Below the pieces are notes generated by a model. That model made no database searches, was not told the DNA's origin, and saw nothing but the letters and a program-made list of their open reading frames with translations. The translations under genes and the position numbers were made by a program. A DNA stretch of 64,000 nucleotides from Tidjanibacter sp. (GTDB lineage Bacteria; Bacteroidota; Bacteroidia; Bacteroidales; Rikenellaceae): positions 346,173-410,172 of the forward strand of contig DBFWXZ010000026.1 of assembly GCA_048214935.1 (NCBI GenBank), given 5' to 3'. This document shows positions 17,701-23,933 of this stretch, in pieces. The first letter of the stretch is position 1. The number at the start of each line of letters is the position of its first letter.

Positions 17701-17978
17701 TGCGCCGCGCGCACGATGGTCGGGAGGCGGTCGGGATACATGCCGCCGGAGGTATCGACCTTATACTGATGGATATGAAAATGCCGGTTATGGACGGTCT
17801 GGAAGCGACCGAGGAAATCCGGAAAAAGGACTGTGCCGTGCCCATAATAGCCGTTACGGCGTTCGCATACGACCGCGACCGTCAGAAGGCGCTGGATGCC
17901 GGCTGTAACGATTATATGTCCAAACCCATACAGGCGGCGGCTCTCAAGGAGAAAATCCATACATACCTTTCACGTTAG
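14790..17978 (+). CDS. Cytoplasmic hybrid sensor histidine kinase / response regulator (PAS-GAF-PAS x3-HisKA-HATPase-REC)
   Basis: H-box FLANMSHEIRTPLNAI; G-boxes DTGCGIP and GTGLGLSICK; receiver domain ILIAEDTDSNYLLL...DLILMDMKMPVMDG...KP. I saw no TM segment. Confidence 0.85.
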   Translation: MKKDLMADNERYARLMQLARMGWWEADFSNQRYLCSEFVANLLGLEGNAVGFWEFQSMIREDYRERITKEFASIKQQEVYEQTFPILTRYGVSWVHSKMDSKYVDEDGLLKAFGFLQCVDAPDSDAYMEVNELLAFQGSISRSLLSFLQTEDMSQIIPNILSDVLRQFHGGRAYIFEFDPDGRSHSCVYEVTASGVSKEIDSLQNILVEDTSWWCNRVFSRKPVILFSLDDMPPEAELDRRVLSAQNIKSLMVVPLLSSNGVWGYMGIDIVDEHRRWSNEDYQWFASLANIVSICIQLRRSELKARSEQLYLDSIYRHMPVGYIRLSMIRGCDGKLVDYSCLDYNDAAEAMIGFRLGDRQGRKLSDVASSLENDLDFFSEILGSDGYREANFLVPETGKRCHSIIYSPQPDEIVIIFSDMTETLAANEALDRSEKILRNIYKNLPVGIELYDRDGYLVDMNDKELELFGLASKEVALGVNVFHNPNIPDPVKEKLRRKEDVDFTLNYDFSCTGEYYPTRKQGIMNLVTKATALYDSQNNFINYLFINIDTTETTTAYARLQEFESFFSMIADYAKVGYFKFNPLTGEGFAINQWFKNLNEPEGTAVGEVVGVHGTFHPDDRAAMREYYDKALNGEVRNVRREVRVKQADGSWKWLSYHVIVQEYAPERNEIDMLGINFDITEQKQVEEKLTEAKNKAEMLDRLKSAFLANMSHEIRTPLNAIVGFSNLLVDTDDPDERHQYISIVQENNDLLLQLISDILDLSKIEAGTFEFVKGPVDVNQLCSEMVISMGVKAAGSGVSVELADNLPRCSIVSDKNRLNQVLYNFITNALKFTDNGTVTVGYGLTGDGRIRFFVRDTGCGIPAEKQDAVFDRFVKLNNFIQGTGLGLSICKNIVEQMGGTIGVDSTEGEGSCFWFTLPYDGYEASDGRSDASAVVQPVRESNERPVILIAEDTDSNYLLLSTVLKKDYDLRRAHDGREAVGIHAAGGIDLILMDMKMPVMDGLEATEEIRKKDCAVPIIAVTAFAYDRDRQKALDAGCNDYMSKPIQAAALKEKIHTYLSR

Positions 17979-18000
17979 TCCGGCGCTTCCGAAAAGGATA

Positions 18001-18032
18001 AAGGCGGCCCTTCGCAGGCCGCCTTTGCATTT
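18001..18032 (+). terminator. Intrinsic terminator after the sensor kinase
   Basis: AAGGCGGCC / GGCCGCCTT 9-bp stem with a 7-nt loop, then TGCATTT. Confidence 0.55.
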
Positions 18033-18070
18033 GGCCCGAAATTGGCTTGGTACCGGTTAAAACTTCCGAT

Positions 18071-18277
18071 ATGAAATCTGTCAGAAACGTACTCATAGCT
18101 ATCGGCGTGGTGGCGCTGGTGTTGCTTATATTCTTTCTGGTTCTGGGTATAAAAGTGGTCGGGACGGTATTCGTCTGGATAATGGGGGCATTGATAATAC
18201 TGTTTATCATAGGGTGGATAGTCTATAAGCTGATGTCTATTCGCAGCCGTCGCGGAGAAATGCCGGACAATACCTGA
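18071..18277 (+). CDS. Small two-TM membrane protein, hypothetical
   Basis: 68 aa from ATG 18071 (the track starts at TTG 18047). Hydrophobic stretches: VLIAIGVVALVLLIFFLVLG and VFVWIMGALIILFIIGWIV. Confidence 0.4.
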   Translation: MKSVRNVLIAIGVVALVLLIFFLVLGIKVVGTVFVWIMGALIILFIIGWIVYKLMSIRSRRGEMPDNT

Positions 18278-18351
18278 GCGTTTGCGGAAAACTGCGCGTT
18301 GCTTGTGCCGCGGACCGGTCCGGGACGTTTTGTCCTTACGGATATTATGGT

Positions 18352-18359
18352 TATCTTTG
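18352..18359 (+). promoter_or_regulatory. -7 box TATCTTTG upstream of rplY-pth
   Basis: Matches TAnnTTTG, 81 nt before ATG 18440. Confidence 0.4.
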
Positions 18360-18439
18360 CGCCCGCAGGCGAAATGGGAGCCCGGAGGATAGGCCGGGTT
18401 TGAGTGTCGCCGAAGTATGAACGTTAAAAGTAACCAACT

Positions 18440-19018
18440 ATGAAAACCATCCGGTTGAGCGGCGCTTTGCGCGAGCAGTTCGGCAAGAAAGGCGCTAAAA
18501 GCGTGCGCCGTGAAAAATTGATTCCCTGTGCCATTTACGGAGGGAAGGAAGGACCGATTCATTTCTCATTGGAGGAAAAGGCCGTAAAACCTTTGATTTA
18601 TACCCCCAATTCCTATATCGTGGAGTTGGACATTGCCGGCCGTCAGGAAAAAGGAGTAATGCGCGAGGTGCAGTTTCATCCTGTAAGGGACGATATTCTT
18701 CATATAGACTTTTACCGGGTTTCGGAGGGCAAGCCGGTGGCTATGGATGTGCCGGTAAGGCTTACCGGCAATTCGGAGGGCGTCAAGCTGGGAGGCAAGC
18801 TGGTCCTGTCGAAACGCAAACTGCGCGTGAGCGCCCTGCCCGAAAACCTGCCCGACGAACTCGTTATCGACGTTACAGATTTGGGAGTGGGCAAGTCCGT
18901 TTTCGTGGGCGACCTGCATTACGATAACCTGAAGATGCTTACTCCTCCCTCTACCGCCGTGTGCGCCGTTATCATCACCCGTGCGGCGCGCGGAGCCGCT
19001 GCCGCAGCCAACAGTTAG
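18440..19018 (+). CDS. rplY: 50S ribosomal protein L25 / general stress protein Ctc
   Basis: MKTIRLSGALREQFGKKGAKSVRREKLIPCAIYGG...VQFHPVRDDILHIDFYRV matches the L25/Ctc family pattern. Confidence 0.85.
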   Translation: MKTIRLSGALREQFGKKGAKSVRREKLIPCAIYGGKEGPIHFSLEEKAVKPLIYTPNSYIVELDIAGRQEKGVMREVQFHPVRDDILHIDFYRVSEGKPVAMDVPVRLTGNSEGVKLGGKLVLSKRKLRVSALPENLPDELVIDVTDLGVGKSVFVGDLHYDNLKMLTPPSTAVCAVIITRAARGAAAAANS

Positions 19019-19068
19019 CAGCCGTGGGGTTGTTTGGGTTTTTGCGCCGAAATGAAAAGCCCATCGAA

Positions 19069-19656
19069 GTGAAATATCTGATAGCAGGTTTGGGGAATGT
19101 CGGCGCCGAATATGCCGGTACCCGCCATAATATAGGATTCAGTGTATTGGACGCTCTTGCAGGGGCGTCCGATGCCTTTTTTGCTTCGGCCCGTTACGGC
19201 GATGTCGCCCGGGTTGCGTACAGGGGACGCACCATGGTATTGCTGAAACCGTCCACTTATATGAATTTGAGCGGCAAGGCCGTTCGCTACTGGATGGCTC
19301 AGGAAAAGATACCCCGGGAGAACCTGCTCGTGGTTCTGGACGATTTGGCCCTGCCTCCCGGCAGCCTGCGTTTACGGGCGCGCGGCAGCGACGGAGGGCA
19401 CAACGGTCTGAAGAGCATCGACGAGTGTTTGGGGTCGTCGGATTATGCCCGGCTAAGGCTCGGCATAGGCCATGACTTTCATCCGGGCGGTCAGGTGGAC
19501 TATGTGCTCGGCCGTTGGCCGGAAACCGAACTGCCTCTTGTTAAAGCCGCCGTGGATGAATCCGTCGGAGCAATCCGCAGCTTCGTTATGCAGGGGGTCG
19601 AGCGCACCATGAATCTTTATAACAAGAAAGGAATCGCCGGTCGGAAGCCGGAGTAA
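19069..19656 (+). CDS. pth: Peptidyl-tRNA hydrolase
   Basis: (V)KYLIAGLGNVGAEYAGTRHNIGF...LLKPSTYMNLSG...DDLALPPGSLRLR..GS.GGHNGLKS. The in-frame GTG at 19069 is chosen as start. The track's 18961 start overlaps rplY, and the ATG at 19052 is out of frame. Confidence 0.85.
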   Translation: MKYLIAGLGNVGAEYAGTRHNIGFSVLDALAGASDAFFASARYGDVARVAYRGRTMVLLKPSTYMNLSGKAVRYWMAQEKIPRENLLVVLDDLALPPGSLRLRARGSDGGHNGLKSIDECLGSSDYARLRLGIGHDFHPGGQVDYVLGRWPETELPLVKAAVDESVGAIRSFVMQGVERTMNLYNKKGIAGRKPE

Positions 19657-19748
19657 ACGATAGCCGGCCCGGCTTGTCCCGAAGCATCCGCTTCGTATTT
19701 TCCCGGAGCAGTCTTGCTCATCCCGGCTTCAATCCGCAAAGGTACGGG

Positions 19749-19780
19749 AAAAGCCGTCCGGAGTTCCCGGACGGCTTTTT
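19749..19780. terminator. Bidirectional terminator between convergent pth and the FGE-lipoprotein gene
   Basis: AAAAGCCGTCCGG / CCGGACGGCTTTT 13-bp stem, flanked by an A-run and a T-run. Confidence 0.7.
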
Positions 19781-19898
19781 GTAAACGGCATGTTTCTCAG
19801 ACCGAAACCGTTTTATTCTCGCCCGGTCGGCGCAGGAGATATTCGCCGTGCTTTTCCGACCGGAAAAGCTCTGTAATCTCTGCGTCGCCTTATACGGA

Positions 19899-21515
19899 CT
19901 AAGGCATGAAAACTACGCGGAAACCGTAGTAATCCCAGCCGTGGTGTGGTTCCTTCAAATCCCGGTAAGCCGACTTGCAGTCTCTCGCATAAAAGTTGTA
20001 AACTCCTCCGCGCAGTACGCGCTGAGTGCCCGAAGCCGGCCCCGCAGGGTCGGTAGCGTCATTGCCCGAGTATTTCTCATACCAGTCATAAACCCATTCC
20101 TCCGCATTTCCGTGCATGTCGTAAAGGCCGTAGGCATTGGGAAGCTTCTGGCCGACTTCATGGGTGCGGCCTCCCGAATTTTCGTATGCCCAGCCATAGT
20201 CGTCCATATCGTTCGAGTCGTTTCCGAAATAATACGATGTCGTCGTACCCGCACGGCAGGCATATTCCCATTGCGCCTCGGTAGGCAACGCTCCGCCCGC
20301 CCAAACGGCATACTCGTAAGCTCCGTACCACGTTACCCATATTGCGGGGTGATTCTCATAGCCCGGAGCCGGTTTCCATCTGGAATTGTCTTCGTCCCAG
20401 TTTATGCCCCAGTCTTCCCGGACGGACTGGGCGTTGGAAGATGCATCGAAAACCAGATACTTACCGGCATTCTCGCCCCACGTACATTCGGCTACGATAA
20501 ACTGGCCGTCATAATAGGCATGGCCTCCCTCCGTTCCCGGTATGCCTTTGACGTTCAGAAATTCTGCATACTGGGTATTGGTTATTTCATATTTGCTCAT
20601 ACGGAAGTCCTGCGTCAGCGTTACGGTGTGCACGGGCTCGTCCACGCCTGTCTCGCCCATAAGGAACGTTCCGGCGGGAATCGGAACGGTTTCTATGTCG
20701 GGACCGCCATAAGCGGTGAATTCCGCCTTGACGGACACGTTGCTTTCGGGCATGGTAAATGTCGCGGGGTTGGTCTGCGCATCGGGGGCAAGCGTAACCG
20801 AACCGCTTTCCACAGTCCACTGTTTGAAAACGTAACCTCCGGCCGGCTTGGCGGTAAGGGTCACGGTGGTTCCGGCCTCTGCGGTTGACACGTCCGCCTG
20901 AGCTGCGCCGTTGCCATCGTTAGTGACGGTAATGGTGTATGTGGTTGCGGCTTCTTCCATAAATTCCGCCTTGACGGACACGTTGCTTTCGGGCATGGTA
21001 AATGTCGCGGGGCTGGTCTGCGCATCGGGGGCAAGCGTAACCGAACCGCTTTCCACGGTCCACCGTTTGAACGTGTAACCGTTATTGGCCGTAGCGGTAA
21101 CTGTAACCGTTTCTCCCGCCTCTGCGGTTGTAATGTCGGCTTGTGCCGAGCCGTTGCCATCGTTAGTGACGGTAACGGTGTATGTGGTTGCGGCATCTTC
21201 CATAAATTCCGCCTTGACGGACACGTTGCTTTCGGGCATGGTAAATGTCGCGGGGTTGGTCTGCGCATCGGGGGCAAGCGTAACCGAACCGCTTTCCACG
21301 GTCCACCGCTTGAATTTATAGCCATTCTTTGCCGTGGCGGTAAGGGTTACGGTAGTTCCGGCTTCGGCGGTCGTAATGTCGGCTTGAGCCGTACCGTTGC
21401 CGTCGTCGGCAACGGTAACGGTATAGGTCGGCCGTTCGGCATCGTCTTTCTTGCAGCCCGATAGCAGCATCGCCGTGCCGGCCAACAGAGTCATAAAAAT
21501 CCTTGTCGTCTTCAT
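19899..21515 (-). CDS. Lipoprotein: three 81-aa Listeria-Bacteroides-type (Flg_new / InlB-B-like) repeats + C-terminal FGE/SUMF1 (sulfatase-modifying-factor) domain
   Basis: Lipobox MLLSGC. It has 3 copies of TYTVTV..DGNG.AQAD...GY.FK.WTVESGSVTLAPDAQT.PATFTMPESNVSVKAEF. The FGE-like C-terminus reads ...LPTEAQWEYACRAG...YGLYDMHGNAEEWV...RVLRGG... Confidence 0.75.
   Translation of the reverse strand: MKTTRIFMTLLAGTAMLLSGCKKDDAERPTYTVTVADDGNGTAQADITTAEAGTTVTLTATAKNGYKFKRWTVESGSVTLAPDAQTNPATFTMPESNVSVKAEFMEDAATTYTVTVTNDGNGSAQADITTAEAGETVTVTATANNGYTFKRWTVESGSVTLAPDAQTSPATFTMPESNVSVKAEFMEEAATTYTITVTNDGNGAAQADVSTAEAGTTVTLTAKPAGGYVFKQWTVESGSVTLAPDAQTNPATFTMPESNVSVKAEFTAYGGPDIETVPIPAGTFLMGETGVDEPVHTVTLTQDFRMSKYEITNTQYAEFLNVKGIPGTEGGHAYYDGQFIVAECTWGENAGKYLVFDASSNAQSVREDWGINWDEDNSRWKPAPGYENHPAIWVTWYGAYEYAVWAGGALPTEAQWEYACRAGTTTSYYFGNDSNDMDDYGWAYENSGGRTHEVGQKLPNAYGLYDMHGNAEEWVYDWYEKYSGNDATDPAGPASGTQRVLRGGVYNFYARDCKSAYRDLKEPHHGWDYYGFRVVFMP
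20700..21428 (-). repeat. 3 x 243-bp in-frame tandem repeat inside the FGE-lipoprotein gene
   Basis: Period is 243 bp. Cores of ~100 nt (20721-20820, 20964-21063, 21207-21306) are near-identical (I saw 1-3 mismatches). The other ~140 nt of each unit is clearly diverged. Confidence 0.9.
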
Positions 21516-22120
21516 TTTTTCGTTTTTAAGGTGTGAGTGTCGCGTATATATTGCTTCGTTGACGGGGCTGCGTTAGCGGCTTCGTCGTAAGAGTACGGGA
21601 AAAGAACGGTGGATGCCGGTTGCCTGCAATGCCGGGAACTTCGTATCGGTTTAAGATACGAAGCAAACGGCGTCTGAATGGCGGAAACCGCTCCGGAGTT
21701 TTTCCGTCGTCCTGAAACGGCGGAAACAGGAAGTCCTTTGAAGGACAAGGATTTTCGTCCGCTACAAAGCGGAATACAAAGGGTGGATAAGCGGGCTTGA
21801 AAAAGTTTCTGGTTTCGGGGCGTACTGTCCGCTTTAGCCCGCTAACGAAGAAACCGGCAGGCCGAACCTTGCGCCGGGACGTATGGGGGGGGGAATAACG
21901 GCCCCTGAAATTATGCGGGCAAGATAATGTAAGGTCGTCGTCATACGGATTAAGGTCTAAAGCGACAGGGCCTTGTTGTCATAAGAACGATTTCCGCCGC
22001 TCTTTCTTTTCCGTTTTATGCGGGGACTGTTTTCGCTCATAAAAACATTCGGAGATTGCGAAGGCCGGCACGGCGAAGATACTAACGGTTTTACTCCTGC
22101 CGGGCCGTTTCCGAACTTCG

Positions 22121-22192
22121 AGCTGATGACGAGGATTGAACTCGTGACCTCTTCCTTACCAAGGAAGCGCTCTACCACTGAGCTACATCAGC
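22121..22192 (-). tRNA. tRNA-Thr (anticodon GGT)
   Basis: Hand-folded: acceptor GCTGATG/CATCAGC+T; D-arm GCTC-AGTGGTA-GAGC; anticodon stem CTTCC/GGAAG with loop TTGGTAA; T-arm ACGAG-TTCAATC-CTCGT. Confidence 0.9.
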
Positions 22193-22230
22193 CTTGTTTG
22201 CTTTTCGGCTTCGGGGGCCGGAAAGCGGGA

Positions 22231-22238
22231 CAAAAGTA
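22231..22238 (-). promoter_or_regulatory. -7 box TACTTTTG (minus strand) upstream of tRNA-Thr
   Basis: The plus strand reads CAAAAGTA, 39 nt upstream of the tRNA 5' end. Confidence 0.4.
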
Positions 22239-22293
22239 GATACGATTTTTCGATTTTGCAAGCATTCGGACGAACGAAACGGCATTAATTTGC

Positions 22294-22301
22294 TATATTT
22301 G
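22294..22301 (+). promoter_or_regulatory. -7 box TATATTTG upstream of the 72-aa ORF and dehydrogenase gene
   Basis: Matches TAnnTTTG, 21 nt before ATG 22322. Confidence 0.4.
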
Positions 22302-22321
22302 ACCGCCCAATCGAAAGCAAA

Positions 22322-22540
22322 ATGGAAAATCTTCGTGCAATCCGTACAGTAATATGGCTCACGGCCGCCGTAGGGGCCGGAGGCATGTTGCTCGCATTTA
22401 TGACCGTTCCGCTGCTTACGTGGAGGCTCGTGGTCGCCCTGATAATAGTGGCTCTGGCACTTGCGTACGCAGTCAGGACGGCTTTGGTTCTGGCGTCGGA
22501 AATCGAAAGGCGGGAGCGTCAGGACGACAGGCCCGAATGA
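22322..22540 (+). CDS. Small two-TM membrane protein, hypothetical
   Basis: 72 aa with VIWLTAAVGAGGMLLAFMTV and LVVALIIVALALAYAV. A promoter box lies just upstream. No motif recognised. Confidence 0.35.
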   Translation: MENLRAIRTVIWLTAAVGAGGMLLAFMTVPLLTWRLVVALIIVALALAYAVRTALVLASEIERRERQDDRPE

Positions 22541-22596
22541 TGCCGGAACTTCTCCGGAGTAGAAACTTGAAGAACTCGTTATAATACTAACTAACC

Positions 22597-23556
22597 ATGA
22601 AGAAGATACTAATAGTCGGCGCGGGTGGCCAGATAGGTTCCGAATTGACCGGCTATCTGCGCGGAATCTACGGCCGGGACAACGTGGTGGCCGCCGACCT
22701 GAAGGAATGTCCGGCGCTGGCGGATTCCGGACCCTTCGAGAAGCTGGATATTCTGGACACCGAAGCCTATGCGGCTCTGGTACGCCGGTATAAAATAGAT
22801 ACCATATTCAATCTGGTGGCTTTGTTATCGGCGGTAGGGGAGAAGAATCCTACTCTGGCGTGGAAAATAAACATGGGGGCTCTGACCAATTCTCTGGAGC
22901 TTGCCCGCGAGTATTCGTGCGCTTTGTTCACTCCGAGCTCCATAGGAGCTTTCGGCGGGGACTTTCCCCGGCAGAATACACCTCAGGATACAGTCATGCA
23001 GCCCGGGACTATTTACGGCGTCTGCAAAGTGACCGGCGAGCTGCTGGGAAACTACTATCACAATCGGTTCGGAGTGGATACCCGCAGCGTGCGTTTTCCG
23101 GGAATAATTTCCAATGTCACCCTGCCCGGAGGCGGCACTACGGATTATGCGGTGGAAATATATTACGAAGCCATACGCAACGGCAGGTTTACGTGCCCGG
23201 TTCCGGGGGACGTGTATATGGATATGATGTACATGCCCGACGCATTGCGTGCGTGCGTGGAGCTTATGGAAGCCGACCCGGCCCGGCTCAGGCACCGCAA
23301 CAGTTTCAACATAGCCTCGATGAGTTTCACCCCGGAGATAATAGCCGCGGAGGTGCGCCGGAATATCCCGGATTTCGAAATGGATTACGATGTCGACCCC
23401 GTTAAGGAGTCGATAGCCCGCAGTTGGCCCGACAAGCTCGACGACAGTTGCGCCCGCGATGAATGGGGCTGGAAGCCGGAATGGGACCTCCCGCGTATGA
23501 CGGAGGACATGCTCCGTGTTATCAGAGAAAGGTTTCGGTCGGGTGAGCTGAAGTAA
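22597..23556 (+). CDS. NAD-dependent epimerase/dehydratase-fold enzyme, L-threonine 3-dehydrogenase-like (extended SDR)
   Basis: Rossmann motif ILIVGAGGQIGSEL and catalytic YGVCK. The overall layout matches the short-chain-type threonine dehydrogenases of Bacteroidota and animals. The specific function is inferred. Confidence 0.6.
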   Translation: MKKILIVGAGGQIGSELTGYLRGIYGRDNVVAADLKECPALADSGPFEKLDILDTEAYAALVRRYKIDTIFNLVALLSAVGEKNPTLAWKINMGALTNSLELAREYSCALFTPSSIGAFGGDFPRQNTPQDTVMQPGTIYGVCKVTGELLGNYYHNRFGVDTRSVRFPGIISNVTLPGGGTTDYAVEIYYEAIRNGRFTCPVPGDVYMDMMYMPDALRACVELMEADPARLRHRNSFNIASMSFTPEIIAAEVRRNIPDFEMDYDVDPVKESIARSWPDKLDDSCARDEWGWKPEWDLPRMTEDMLRVIRERFRSGELK

Positions 23557-23594
23557 GCCGGATTGCATCCGTAAATATCCGGGGCAGACTCGTA

Positions 23595-23630
23595 CGGGGA
23601 AATCGTCAGGCGGTTTCCCCGCTTGTTTTC
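23595..23630 (+). terminator. Weak intrinsic terminator 40 nt after the dehydrogenase stop
   Basis: CGGGGAA / TTCCCCG 7-bp stem with a 13-nt loop, then CTTGTTTTC. Confidence 0.4.
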
Positions 23631-23750
23631 GTCGTAGTGGCAGGAAACTGCGGCATCCGGCGAGTAAAAGTGAGCCGGGCGATATGGCCCGGAATGATTC
23701 CCCGGTTTGCGGAGATGCTTGTTTTGCACTTGTTGCTTAATGTGCAGCGT

Positions 23751-23785
23751 CCCGGAAGCCTGCGCTTCCGGGCTTTTGGTTTTTG
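23751..23785 (+). terminator. Strong intrinsic terminator
   Basis: CCCGGAAGC / GCTTCCGGG 9-bp stem with a 4-nt loop, then CTTTTGGTTTTT. Confidence 0.65.
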
Positions 23786-23856
23786 GCATACCCTCGATAC
23801 GGTTCATTCGCATGATGATTTATAGGCGGGTAGCTTGACATTGCCGACAAATGTTA

Positions 23857-23864
23857 TATTTTTG
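23857..23864 (+). promoter_or_regulatory. -7 box TATTTTTG upstream of the FISUMP-like lipoprotein
   Basis: Matches TAnnTTTG, 70 nt before ATG 23934. Confidence 0.35.
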
Positions 23865-23933
23865 CTGCGCATGCGAACGACACAAGAGCGAAGTGCAAAT
23901 ATTCGTATCGCATTAACCTAACCACAACCTTGT

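Noticed and set aside
15114-17960. Very long antisense ORFs: 948 aa opposite the sensor kinase. Others: 9206..10600, 10587..12074, 25106..26527, 26585..27751, 28037..29005, 29161..30333, 31130..32557, 34027..36129, 36165..36974, 37332..38642, 41855..43834, 48531..49739, 58768..60219, 19848..20888.
   Set aside because: Where I checked the phase (six gene pairs plus 19848..20888 vs 19899..21515) the antisense ORF is in exact codon register with a well-supported gene on the other strand. Its openness then just reflects the absence of sense TTA, CTA and TCA codons. I infer the same for the rest. Their translations are low-complexity, Arg/Gly/Pro-rich, and show no motifs. I treat them as shadow ORFs, not overlapping genes.
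19700-19740. Partial copy of the tRNA-Thr 3' end that would mark the FGE-lipoprotein block (19.9-22.1 kb) as an islet integrated at tRNA-Thr.
   Set aside because: Only an 8-nt T-loop-like match (TTCAATCC) is present, and in the wrong orientation. There is no direct repeat of the tRNA 3' segment.
19899-20100. Diversity-generating retroelement (DGR) target: the FGE/C-type-lectin-fold C-terminus (...RVLRGGVYNFYARDCKSAYRDLKEPHHGWDYYGFRVVF) resembles DGR variable regions.
   Set aside because: No reverse transcriptase, no template-repeat copy of the 3' ~100 nt and no accessory gene is present downstream (19657-19898) or anywhere in the window. The next gene is pth behind a bidirectional terminator. 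A remote DGR elsewhere in the genome cannot be excluded.
20700-21428. CRISPR-like periodicity (243-bp units here; 45-bp units at 29560-30183).
   Set aside because: Both periodicities are multiples of 3 and lie inside long ORFs encoding repeated protein domains. There are no unique spacers between repeats, no leader and no cas genes.
21553-21853. Possible invertible promoter: imperfect inverted repeat CTTCGTTgaCGGGGCT (about 21553-21572) vs AGCCCGCTAACGAAG (about 21834-21853), flanking ~260 bp upstream of the lipoprotein gene.
   Set aside because: The repeat is short and imperfect. The enclosed segment has no TAnnTTTG box in either orientation. No recombinase gene is nearby.
21885-21893. Homopolymer tracts G9 (21885-21893) and C9 (6058-6066) as phase-variation switches.
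   Set aside because: Both are intergenic and not positioned between promoter elements or inside an ORF. My rough estimate assumes ~58% GC (not computed). It predicts about one G/C run of 9 or more per 64 kb by chance, so two is not remarkable.
23637-23825. 62-aa ORF between the two terminators after the dehydrogenase gene.
   Set aside because: It has a GTG start, no promoter box, runs across a strong terminator hairpin and has no motif. It is more likely noncoding.
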